DNA from: Cetorhinus maximus
Taxonomy: Eukaryota
Direction of reading: 5' to 3'
Assembly (NCBI RefSeq): GCF_964194155.1
Contig: NC_135895.1
Location: 50,654,001-50,718,000 of the forward strand
Length of the DNA stretch: 64,000 nt
Below the pieces are notes generated by a model. That model did not search any database and was not told where the DNA came from. It was given only the letters and a program-made list of their open reading frames with translations. A program made the translations under genes and the position numbers. Numbering within the stretch: position 1 is the stretch's first letter; each line of letters opens with the position of its first letter. Of this stretch, positions 11,535 to 23,329 are shown one piece after another.

Positions 11535-13110
11535 TAAGTATTATGTGTCCTTGTTTTGTAGAAAATGCTAGTTGAAGATCAAGATAATTAAGGTGTTTAG
11601 CATCCTTGAAAGTGGATAAATCATTAGGCCTGGATGAAATGTATCGCAGGTTGTTAAGGGTGGTGACTCTGACCATCACTTTCCAAACCTCTCTGGCTCC
11701 TGGGGTGGTGCTGGAGAATTGGAGGAGTGCTAATGTTGTACCATTCTTTAAAAAGTGAGGAAGGGATGGCTAGAGTAAATACAGGCCAGTCAACTTGACC
11801 TTGGTAATTATTGAAAAAAATTCCAAGTGACAGTATAAATAGTCATTTAGAAGGCATAGATTGAGCAAGGTTAGTCAGCTTGAGTTTGATAAGGTCGCAT
11901 CTGACTAGCTTGATCAAATTTTTTGAGTAAGTAACAAGGAGGGTGGTTGAGGATAGTGCGCTTGTGATGTAGTCTACATGGATTTCAGCAAGGCTTTTGA
12001 CAAGGTCCTGCATGGCTGGCTAGTCAGAAAATTATATGCCCATAGAATACAAGGGAAAGTCACAAGCTGGATCCAAAATTGACTCACTGGCAGGAAGCAA
12101 ACGGCTATGGCCAATGGGTGATTTTTGTGGCTGGAAGGCTATTTCCAGTGGAGTTCCACAGGGCTCAGTACTAGTCCCTCACCGTTTGTGGTATATATCA
12201 ATGATTTAGACTTGTATGTAGGGGTCATGATTAAGAAGTTTGCAGATAATATGAAAAGTGACCGTTTGAAGGAATAAAGCTATGGACTCCAAGAAGATAT
12301 CAGTGGACTGGTCAGGTGGGCAAAAAAGTGGCAAATTTAATTCAATTCAGAGAAGTGGAGGAGGATATGGTAATAGAATACACAATAAATGGGAGGATTC
12401 TAAGAAGTGTAGAGGAACAGCAGGACCTGGAGTGCATTTCTACAAATCCTTGAAGGTAGCAGGATAGGTAAAGTGGTCAAGAAGGCATACAGGACATTTT
12501 CCTTTATTGGCTGAGGTCTACAGAAAAGAAGAGGGAAGTTACACTGGAACTGTATAAAACGCTAGTTAGACTGTAGGTGGAGTAGTGCGTACAGTTCTGG
12601 TACACACATTACAGGAAGGATGTGATCACACAAGAGAGTACAGAAGAGATTTACAAAGATGTTGCCATAATGGAGAATTATAGCTATGACGTAAGATTCA
12701 ATAAGCTAGGCTTGTTTGCTTTGGAATGGAGGAGGCTGAGGGTAGATTTAATTACTGTCTATACAATTATGAGGGGCCTAGATAGAGTGGATAGGAAGGA
12801 CCTATTTCCAAATGCAGAGAGATCAATAACCAGGGGGTATAGATTTAAAGTAATATTTAGAAGGATTAGAGGGGAGCTGAGGAGTATTTGTTTTCACCCA
12901 AAGGGTGCTGTGGATCTGAAACTCACTGCTCAAAAGGGCGGTAGAGGCAGAAATCCTCCATTCAATTTAAAAATTACTTGGATATGCACTTGGGGTGCCA
13001 TTATCTATAGGGTTATGGATCAAGAGCTAGAAAGTGCAATCAGGTTGGATAGCTCTTTTTCAGCTGGCATGGACATGTTCTGTGCTGTAAATATTTTTGT
13101 TTCTATGGTG
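11535..13110 (+). mobile_element. Degenerate CR1 ORF2 / 3' fragment
   Basis: YMDFSKAFDKV, SGVPQGSVL, FADN, LYKTLVR motifs with frameshifts. Confidence 0.8.
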
Positions 13111-13810
13111 TTACATACTATAACAACTTCGCTTCTTTCATGAGATCTGTCTTCAATAGATGAAAACCGACCAATCAGGGAACAGTTATAATTGTATTAT
13201 TTCCATATTTTTTCAGCATTACAATTAGCAATTAGATTGCCTAAATTGCAAATAAATTTTGTATTTGGCTGTGGAGTATGCACGTCTTCATAAAAATGAA
13301 GTGAAGCACTCAAAGTTCAGGTTGTAGATCTTCAATCAAGGGTCCTCATTCAGATATTCTCCTTAACATTTTGTCCACGGAGGATGCCTAAGACTCTGTT
13401 CTGAACTCAGAAAATCTGACAATACTCCACTGCCTGGTCAATCATTTCCTGAACCTGGGAGAAGCTATGACAGAAGTTTTAATGACTTGACAAAGCACTT
13501 CAAGATATACTTATAGTATACTGTCTTAGTACGAGTATAGGTGTCATATCTGCAGTGTTCTTTTAGCTTTAATTTTACTTAAGGTTTTGAAAAATGAATT
13601 GAATGGAAAATTGGGCCAGGTGTAACAAAAGCTGCTGATTCATTATTATTCATTTTGTGCTACTGCCCAAGACAAATTTACATCAGTATATTTAGCAATA
13701 ATATCCGGTAACCATGATACAAAACAGCAACTGCAACAGTCATTTGCTTTCCATCTCTCTCTACACAACTTTCCACGTTTTTGCTTTTCTAACCAAATTC
13801 TTCCTTCCCT

Positions 13811-13974
13811 GAAACAAAAACAAAAAATGCTGTAAACTTAGCAGGTCTGACAGCATCTGGGGAGAGAAAGACAGAGTTAATGTTTCGAGCCCATATGACT
13901 CTTCTTCAGAGTGAGTCCTCCAGCATTTTTTGTTTTTGTTTTTATTTTTGTTTCTGCACCTGCAGTATTTTACC
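13811..13974. mobile_element. Second mini Penelope-like fold-back element
   Basis: Inverted PLE 3' end (aaacaaaaa..gcaggtctgacagcatc..gttaatgtttcgag..cttcttcagag) followed by the sense tail. 12-bp TSD tcttccttccct (13799-13810 / 13975-13986). Confidence 0.75.
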
Positions 13975-14138
13975 TCTTCCTTCCCTTCTTCAAGGTGTGA
14001 GAAACCATTGCACCACCTCCCACAAACAATCCTCCAGGATCATTCATTCGAAAATTATAATTGACAATTAGAGAAAAGTCAAAGCTCCGGTAAATGATTG
14101 ACTTCTGTAATGTGGTCTCCTTGGCTGCAGTGGTTCAC

Positions 14139-15447
14139 ATAAGACCATAAGGCATAGGAGCAGAAATTAGGCCATTCGGCCCATCGAGTCTGCTCCGCCA
14201 TTCAATCATGGCTGATAAGTTTCTCAACTCCATTCTCCCGCCTTCTCCCCGTAACCTTTGATCCCCTTACCAATCAAGAACTATCTATCTCGGTCTTAAA
14301 TAAACTCAATGACCTGGCCTCCACAGCCTTCTGTGGCAATGAATTCCATAGATTCACCACTCTCTGGCAAAGAAGTTTCTCCTCATCTCTGTTCTAAAAG
14401 GTCTTCCCTTTACTCTGAGGCTGTGCCCTTGGGTCCTAGACTCTCCTACTAATGGAAACATCTTCCCCACGTCCACTCTATCCAGGCCTTTCAGTATTCT
14501 GTAAGTTTCAATCAGATCCCCCCTCATCCTTCTAAACTCCATCGAGTATAGACCCAGAGTCCTCAAACGTTCCTCATATGTTAAGCCTTTCATTCCTGGG
14601 ATCGTTCTCGTGAACCTCCTCTGGACTCTCTCCAGGGCCAGAACGTCCTTCATGAGATATGGGGCCCAAAATTGCTCACAATATTCTAAATGTGGTCTGA
14701 CCAGAGTCTTATAAAGCCTCAGCAGCACATCCGTGCTTTTATATTCTAGTCCCCTCAAAATAAATGCCAACATTGCATTTGCCTTCCTAACTACCGACTC
14801 AACCTGCAAGTTAACCTTAAGAGAATCCTGGGTTAGGACTCCCAAGTCCCTTTGCACTCCAGATTTCTGAATTCTCTCCCCATTTAGAAAATAGTCTATG
14901 CCTCTATTCTTCCTACCAAAGTGCATGACCTCACACTTACCCACGTTGTATTCCATTTGCCACTTCTTTGCCCATTCTCCTAACCTGTCCAAATCCTTCT
15001 GCAGCCTCCCTGCCTCCTCAATACTACCTGTCCCTCCACCTATCTTTGTATCATCTGCAAACTTAGCCAGAATGCCCTCAGTTCCTTCATCTAGATCATT
15101 AATGTATAAAGTGAAAAGTTGTGGTCCCAACACTGACCCCTGCGGAACTCCACTAGTTTCCGGCTGCCATCCTGAGAAGGACCCCCTTATCCCCACTCTC
15201 TGCCTCCTGCCAGACAGCCAATCTTCTATCCATGCTAGTACCTTGCCTCTAACACCATGGGCTCTTATCTTACTGAGCAGCCTCCTGTGCAGCACCTTGT
15301 CAAAGGCCTTCTGGAAGCCCAAGTAGATAACATCCATTGGCTCTCCTTTGTCTAACCTACTCGTTACCTCCTCAAAGAATTCCAACAGATTTGTCAGGCA
15401 TGACCTCCCCTTAATGAAACCATGCTGACTTTGCCCTATTTTACAAT
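14139..15447 (-). mobile_element. Young 5'-truncated CR1 LINE (RT domain to 3' tail)
   Basis: Largely uninterrupted ORF 14354-15481 with QHGFIKGRSCLTNL, FQKAFDKV, GVPQGSVLGP, FADDTK. 3' tail repeat (cttatggt-like). Confidence 0.92.
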
Positions 15448-16516
15448 GTTGCTCATGGCTCCTGTGCACAACTGCCCTCACGGTCTTTCACATCCCTCTT
15501 TGGCTCCTCTTGATGAGTTCCATTATCTATGGCAGCATTGTGCAGCATTTAGCACAGTGTCACAATATTGCCCATCATCTCTGTGGAATACTGTAAGGAT
15601 CTCCTGATGCATGCAAGCACCTGAAGTACTATTTAACTTCCCAAACCCTTTCTCCATGATGGTCCTTGTTTGTGCATGTGTATTGCTGCATCTGACCTCT
15701 GCTGGGGTTTGGAGTTTATGCATTAGGCACTGCTTCATGACATAGCTCACATTTATGAGCAACTACCAATCTTCTTTCCCTTGGTCTTTATAGAGCTGTC
15801 TCACATTGAATTGCCTCAGAATGAAAACATTAAATGTATTCCCAAGCAAGTGTATATTAACATGCATAACTTTCTGGCAGTAGTAATAAACCATTTGCAT
15901 ATTCCTGGAATAACATTTCTTCAGATTTTTATGCATGCCAAGGAATTGTTGGCAGTGCATGGATGGCTACATGCATACAATCAATGATAGTCTGTAATTT
16001 GGGAAAGTGAGCCACGTGGGAAAACTGTACCCTCTAACTTTCTACTAATGGTGGTTCATTCTGATGAGTACGTTGGTGGGTCTGTAGAAAAACAAAGCTC
16101 CAATTATGCTCTCTTTGTGGCAGTGAATGTCAATGTAATTGAGTCCAGTGATATTCCCTGGAGCATAAGGTTAAGAGCAATTGTGACATTCATGACCAGC
16201 AGGAGACTATGGAGCAGAAAGAACCCTAAAAATGAGAGCCTCTCGACTGAGTCTCAGTCTCTAAATGTACTATTTACACAGAGGTGTGGGGTTCAAATAT
16301 CCACACCTGCCACAGTAGATCCATTCTCTGGATAGTTTCTTCCTGTTAGTTGTACACAATGTATGGCCTCTGTGTTCCTATGTTACCCTCTCCTCTGATT
16401 CTGGTTTCATTATGCGCTAAGTGGCAATGGTTGTTACAGGATGAATACTACACAACACTGATCACCTGTCAGTGCTTTCATTAAATACTTCCCCTTCTTT
16501 TATGAACTAATTCATA

Positions 16517-17106
16517 GGGCAGAATTTTATGTCTCGCGGGCAGGCAAGCGCCCGACCTGATCGCGCGAGCGTCCCACTGTTATCACGCATTCCCGCGATA
16601 TTTCGGTTGGCGGGCGCGCGCAAGAGTCGGCAGCACGCCCGCTGACAGCTAAGAGGCCTACTAAGGCCATTAATGTATTAATTAAGTGCAATTTTTCACT
16701 GCCCATTTAATGTTACGGTTGGCAGGCGGGCAAATCAGCCAGGTGGCCTTTGGATTTTTGAGGAAAGCTCATCCACGGGCAGGATGAGGTTTCCGATATT
16801 AATTTTTTTTAAATTAAAGTATTTTGACAGAATTTTTATAATCTGTATGTTCATGTGATAGAGTCTGATGTGTGAATATTTTTTTCAGCATTTCCAAATC
16901 TTTATTTCATGGTTTAAAAATTTTCAGCTCCCTGAGGCAGCTCTCTGTCTTCAGGGAGCTTTCATTGCGTGCTCCCCAGCGCCTGTGCAGACTTCAGTGC
17001 TTGCCCTCCTCCCGCCCCCACCGCAGCAGCGCTGAGCCTTTTGGGCAGCGGCTTGTTTCCCAGCCACTCCCAGACCCACCCACCTGACAACCCGAAAATT
17101 CTGCCC
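16517..17106. mobile_element. Harbinger-type MITE
   Basis: 12-bp TIRs GGGCAGAATTTT / AAAATTCTGCCC, 3-bp TSD ATA, CpG-rich interior. Confidence 0.85.
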
Positions 17107-18419
17107 ATAGGTATAACTGTGAATAGTGAATCCAATCCTTGTGCTACCCCTACAATAAGCAAAAGTACGTAGCCAGGATTTTCTGATCAGAGATCAATCA
17201 TCACGTCACAGTTTCTAATCAGAAATTGCTTGGAGATTTGCTATGAAAGATCCAAAGTTATTTTTCTGCTTGTCTGATTTTCCCATAAGGATTACAATTA
17301 GTTCAGGGAGTACTTGTCCATTTTCTGAGGGAGACATGTAAATCAGTGCAAAATTATGTAGTTCTATCATAACCCTATTTCCCTTCATTTCCACCCATTT
17401 CATGCCATTTGCTCTACCCTGTAACTGGTGTTCAAGGTTTCTGGGTGTTGAGCTGCAAATTAAAATCAGTTTAAAGAGGCTAATAATGAGATTGCAAATT
17501 ATGCACCATAACATCTTTTTTTGGCTCTTTCCCCCTCTGCTTTAACTGAGGCCTTTTGAGGGCCATTGCAATTTTTGCTGTCATGCTGAGAATTCCATTA
17601 TATCCCTGTTTTCCTCAAAAAGAGTAGAAACAAGCAATGGATGCTGGGGCATGTCAGGCTATTTGTTAGGCAACTGGAACCCATCAGCTAGCATCCTGAC
17701 ACAAGAATGTACAGACAGAGGTGTATATACTTGTCCAAGGATCAGTGCTTGCAGAAACTCCAATATGCCAGGGGAGCTATTATGGAGTTATATTATGTGC
17801 TTCAAGTAAACCTGTAGCCACAGTCACAACTGTACTCAACTTAATTGCATCAAGATTACTTCAAACATATACAGGAAACATTGCAAATATCAGCCAATCA
17901 ACAGTGTAAAGGTGTGTGAAATCGGCCACTGACACTATTTATGTGAGCATCAGATTTCATCTCCTTCCCATGGACACCAACTGCACTTTAAGACAGCTTT
18001 GCAATTTTAAAGTGGCAGGATTTCTCAAAGTAAACATGTGGCCTAAATACTCCATTACAGAATGTCACTTGTCATGCACATATAGGCATGAGAATTACAT
18101 TTTTTTTAAACTGTATTTTAAGGTTATATTTAAAAACCTTGAACTGATTTTAAGAAGACTGAGTATCAAAATGGTTCCAAGCTACCAGACAAATTTGTGG
18201 ATCAGACTGTGTTTATCTTTCGAGAACACAAAGACAATCTTTAATTTAATTATGGCTCACTGTGGTCTCATCCAGGAGATAGTGAAGTTTTTCAGTGCCT
18301 CATTGTAGGAATGTAAATTTCACCTTGGCCAGACAAAAGCTAAAGCCACAGCTGGGAAAAGATTTCAGAATGCTAATTTAAATTATCTCAATGCCTTATT
18401 TGGAAGATGGCTTGCCATT

Positions 18420-18885
18420 TGTTACGGAGCCACATGATATTGCGGCCATCTTTGCTCCCTGTTAAAATATAGCAAACTGCTACAAACCAAGTCAGAACTC
18501 CCAGACAGAACTCCACATGAACTTCATCACACAAGGAGAGAGGGACCAACAAGTACAGCCATTGAACTACTGTAATCAACCTGGCTCAAGAACGGCCACA
18601 CCTCAATTCCTTGAGAGGGAAATAAAGAACCTCTTCTCTGCCCCCTACCTGCTTCCATCTTCAAGCTTACCTGTCAAACCACTCTCCAGTAGAGTGACTA
18701 AAGGAGCCATCGCAACTGCTTAGACATCTCTGCAATTTCAAAGCCTTCACTTCCAACAATATGATGACACGATTATGAAATAACAGGTTTGCATCAAAAC
18801 AGAAACTAACATCCATTCCATTTTTATAAGTATTGTTTGTACTTTCATCTGTATCTAGTTTTGGTGTGTGCGTTTGTTTGTGTGT

Positions 18886-18932
<47 letters not shown>

Positions 18933-19119
18933 GATGGACAAAGCGCAGGGCAAGGGTGTGAAAAATAAATTAACCTCTTACTTTTTAAAGACAATAAGCT
19001 TGCTGTTCGGTTATTAAAATTGATTCACTCATTCCAAGGGTAAGAAGTACACACATATCATACTCAAATATAAAGAATCATGGGCAATAAATGTTAACAC
19101 ATTAAAATTGTCCGTGACA
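18420..19119 (+). mobile_element. Solo LTR (Gypsy-like)
   Basis: TG...CA ends with 9-bp imperfect inverted repeats TGTTACGGA / TCCGTGACA, 4-bp TSD catt/cact, AATAAA near 18964, 700 bp. Confidence 0.7.
18863..18931. repeat. (TG)n(GA)n microsatellite
   Basis: Seen directly. Confidence 0.95.
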
Positions 19120-19914
19120 CACTACTTATGTGAGTCACAAAAGATTCAACACTCTATCGATGTTTAGCTCAAATCATCAGTAAATGCATACTTTCTCAAC
19201 AGTCGTCCGATGCCTTCAGTATAAAGCACGCAATGGTCTCTGAAAATTTCAATTTTAAACACATGAATGGAACTGGAGGATCAAAGCTGTTGCTCATGAC
19301 ACCTCTTCGCTGTCCAAGTACACCAAGTCAACATAGACATAATGATGTGAATGCCTCTACCCGAGTTACAAATTGGCATCCTGAAGAAGTACTCAAGGTT
19401 TCCCAATTGATCTGGTGAAAGCTGCTAGAATTGCTGTTGTCTATTGTATGGCAACACCAAAATAGATTAACTGGTCGTTCACCTCACTGCTGTTTCTGGG
19501 ACCTTACTGTCTACAACTTGCCTGCCATGTGTTTGTGCATATAACAGTAACAGCATTTCAAATAATTATTCATAAGTTGCATAGCTGTTGTTCCTTTTCT
19601 GTGGAGGTTTGCCTTCTCTTTCAAAACAAATACAAAACGTGAAAAATATTTATTGTAGCATTTTACTACTTTAAAACACTATATAAATACAAGTTGCTAT
19701 TTTTAACCATGACATTCTGTGATGCCCAAGTATCAGAGTGCACCCCATAATGGGTGTGCTGACCAGTGCAAATAACAGGCAGTACATTATACTGGAGACT
19801 ACTTGTGCATTGAAAGCATGCAAGTATGTCAGTGAAGGAACAATTCTAGGTGGTGTCTGTGGATCAAAAGAACATCCTGCTATCCCCATGGACAGTAATG
19901 GCAACTAGCTAATG

Positions 19915-20305
19915 TGAAGCATTGGAAAAGAGAAGGTTGACAAGAGGTTTGATGGAGGTATTCAAAATCATGAGGCATCTGGACAGAGTAGATAGGGAAA
20001 AACTACTCTCACTGGTGGAAGGATCAAGAACCAGAGGACACTAATTTAAGGTGATTGGCAAAAGACACAACGGCAACACGAGGAAAAACTTTTTTATGCA
20101 GTGAGTAGTTAGGAACTGGAAGCACTGCCTGAGAATATGGTGGAGGCAGGTTCAATTGTGGCCTTCAAAATAAAACTGGATAATTTTCTGAAGAGAAAAA
20201 AAAAATTGCAGGGCGATGGGGAAAAACAGGGGGGCACTAGGTGAATTGCTCTTGCAGAAAGCCAACACAGACATGACAGAGTGAATGTGCTATAACCATT
20301 TTACA
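19915..20305 (+). mobile_element. CR1 3' fragment
   Basis: LEKRR.. / EVFKIMR.LDRVDREKL-like coding end followed by CR1 3' UTR. Confidence 0.7.
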
Positions 20306-20329
20306 ATTATAGATTACTGTAAGTGCCAG

Positions 20330-20540
20330 GCATGCTTTGTATAACGTGTTAATAGATGGTATGGGTGGTTTCTCTTACCTAGCTTGGCTCAGTAAAGTTA
20401 TTAAACTTCTTTCTGCATTGTTGTATTGGCTGGATGGTGGAGTTGGCAGTGGAATATGGTGGCTTCATCCCCTTATCCCTGAGAAGGATCTCTTCAGGAG
20501 CCTGCATCTTTCCTGTCAAAGATGGCCCCCTCCTCTGTCT
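20330..20540 (-). pseudogene. Harbinger Myb/SANT-like gene fragment
   Basis: IQQCRKKFNNF resembles the QCRKKFNDL Myb-like helix of Harbinger ORF2, followed by a GT donor. Confidence 0.45.
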
Positions 20541-20545
20541 TAATT

Positions 20546-20912
20546 GGGGAGACGATGGCACAGTGGTATTGTCGCTGGACTAGTAATCCAGAGACCCAGG
20601 GTAATGCTCTGGGGGCCTGAGATTGAATACAGCCATGACAGATGGTGGAATTTGAATTCAATAAAAATCTGGAATTAAAAGTCTAATGATGACCATGAAA
20701 CCACTGTCGATTGTTGTAAAAAACCATCTGGTTCACTAATGCCCTCTAGGGAAGGAAATCTTCCGTCCTTACCTGGTTTAGCCTACATGTGACTCCAGAC
20801 CCACAGCAATGTGGTTGGCTCTTAAATCCCCTCTGAACAAGGGCATTTAGGGATGGGCAATAAATGCTGACTTAGCCAGCGACGCCTGCATCCCATGAAT
20901 GAATTTTTAAAA
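20546..20912 (+). mobile_element. tRNA-derived SINE with jockey-group LINE 3' tail
   Basis: A box tggcacagtgg, degenerate B box, tail gggatgggcaataaatgctg..catcccatgaatgaat. Copies at 52578-52915 and 62520-62757. Confidence 0.85.
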
Positions 20913-21329
20913 ATTCTTCTAGCAGGATTTTTACAGCCTCACCAGAAAACCTGGCTGTTCTCTGGTTTGTTGCTCCCTCTGGCCATTTTATCCTACCTAA
21001 ATGTTGCTTCCATTGGCAAGTAGAAGGAACACAATATCTGACCCTTTAAGCAGTTACAGAACTTTTTATCCTATACTAACAAGCAATTTCCTGCTTTCAA
21101 TAGATGACCTTCCATCATCATGGAATTTTCTGGAGAATTTCAGCAAAAATACAGCACAAGAACAGAATGACATGATTCTTTTCCCCCCAAGAGCAGATTC
21201 ACACACAACTGACACATTATGCAAATGCAAGCCAAGAAATTCTGGCCCCTATTCTTGGATGAATTGCTTGATTATACAGCTTCACACCCTATTGTCTCAT
21301 TTTAGTAAAGGCAGCCCTATGTAGCAGTG

Positions 21330-23005
21330 ATCATAACATGATTGAATTTTACATTCAGTTCGAGGGAGAGAAGGGTGATGGGTCTAAGACTAGCGTTTTG
21401 AACTTAAATAAGGGTAATTATGAGGGTATGAAGACAGAGCTGGCCAAAGTGAACTGGGAAACCAGGCAGTAGAGATGCAGAGGCAGACACTTAGGAGATA
21501 TTTCACAACAATCAGCAAAGATACATTCCAGGGAGAAAGGAGACTCTAGGAGAAGGACATACCATCTGTGGCTAACTAAGGAAGTTAAAGATAGTATCAA
21601 ATTGAAAGAAAAAGCATACAATTCTGCAAAGATTAGTGGCAGGTTAGAAGATTGGACAGGATTTTTTTTAAATCAGCAAAAAATGGCTAAAAAAATGAGG
21701 GGAAGATTAGAGTACGAGAGAAAACTAGCTAGAAATATAAAAACAGATAGTATGAGTTTCTACAGGTATTCAAAAAGGAAAAGAGTAAAGTGAATGTTAG
21801 TCCTCTACAGAGTGAGTCTGGGAATTAATAATGGAAAATAAGGAAGTGAAAGATGAATTAAACAGACATTTTGCATCTGTCTTCACCATAGAGGATACAA
21901 ATAACATCCCAGAAATAAGTGTGCATCAAGGGATGAAAGGGAGGGAGGAACTTAAAACAATTACAATCACCATGGAAAGAGTACTGAGAAAATAATTAGA
22001 ATTAAAAGCTGACAAGTTCCCAGATCTTGATGGACTTCATCCTAGAGTCTTAAAAAAGTAGCTGTGAGATAATAGATGCATAGGTTTTAATTTTCAAAAA
22101 AATTCCCTAGATTCTAGAAAGATTCCATCAGAATGGAAAATAGTGAATGTAATTCCTCTATTTAAGTTAGGAGGGAGGCAGAAAGCAAGAAACTACAGAC
22201 CAGTTAGCTTAACACGTGTCATAGATAAAATGCTGGAATCAATTATTAAGGAGGTTATAGTGGGTCACTTAGAATGCAATCAGGCAGAGTGAACATGGTT
22301 TTGTGAAAGGGAAAACGTGTTTGACTAATTTATTAGAATTCTTTGAGGAAGTAGCAACCTGGATAAAGGGGAGCCTGTGGATGTGGTATACTTGGATTTC
22401 CAGAAAGCATTTGATAAGGTGTCACATCAAAGGTTACTACACAAAATACAAGGTCACGGTGTAAGGGGTAATATATTAGCATGGATAGAGGATGCTAATA
22501 TATTACCCCTGACACCATAAGTTCTTATTTTAGCTCACAGAAAACAGAGAGTAGGCATAAATGGCTCATTTTCGGATTGGTAAGATGTAATGAATGGAAT
22601 GCCCCATGGATCAGTGTTAGGGCCTCAGCTATTTACAGTTTAAATTAATGACTTGGATGACAGGATCAAATGTATGGTTGCTCAATTTGCTACAAAGATA
22701 GGTAGGAAAGTAAGTTGTGAAGAGGACATAAGGTATCTGCAAAGGGATATAAATAGCTTAAGTGAGCAAAAATTTGGCAGATGGAGTATACAGTGGGAAA
22801 ATGTGAACTTGTCTACTTTAGCAGGAAAAATAAAAAGGCAGCATATTATTTAAATGGGAAGGGATTTCAAAAATCTGAGATACAGAGGGAGCTGGATGTC
22901 CTGGTACATGAATCATGAAAGGTTAGTATGCAGGTCCAGCAAGTGATTAGGAAGGCAAATGGAATGTTGTTGTTTATTGCAAGGAGAATGGAATATAAAA
23001 GTAGA
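21330..23005 (+). mobile_element. Degenerate CR1 ORF2 fragment
   Basis: NYRPVSLT, HGFVKGKTCLTNLLEFFEEV, YLDFQKAFDKV motifs. Confidence 0.85.
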
Positions 23006-23129
23006 CCTTGCCCCTGTCTCTGTAAGCTCTTCCAGCCCCACAACTCTTTGAGATATCTGCACTCATCAAATTTTGGCCTCTTGTGCATCCCTAATTTTAA
23101 TTGCTCCACCATTGGTGGCTGTCCCTTTA

Positions 23130-23329
23130 NNNNNNNNNNNNNNNNNNNNNNNNNNNNNNNNNNNNNNNNNNNNNNNNNNNNNNNNNNNNNNNNNNNNNNN
23201 NNNNNNNNNNNNNNNNNNNNNNNNNNNNNNNNNNNNNNNNNNNNNNNNNNNNNNNNNNNNNNNNNNNNNNNNNNNNNNNNNNNNNNNNNNNNNNNNNNNN
23301 NNNNNNNNNNNNNNNNNNNNNNNNNNNNN
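23130..23329. other. Assembly gap (200 N)
   Basis: Run of exactly 200 N, probably a placeholder length. Confidence 0.99.

Larger units (their letters stand above)
17700..19260 (+). pseudogene. Old Harbinger (HARBI1-like DDE) transposase remnant interrupted by a solo LTR
   Basis: KPVATVTTVLNLIAS..QTYTGNIANISQSTV*RCVKSATDTIY, AGFLKV and, after the LTR, CLQYK align by eye to the transposase at 49428-50648. Confidence 0.6.

Noticed and set aside
16055-16110. CTGATGAG...GAAA hammerhead-like string
   Set aside because: No closing G-C pair before GAAA, no convincing stems I or III, and no PLE context.
20546-20640. tRNA gene
   Set aside because: A/B-box-like motifs only, no cloverleaf; it is the head of a multicopy SINE.
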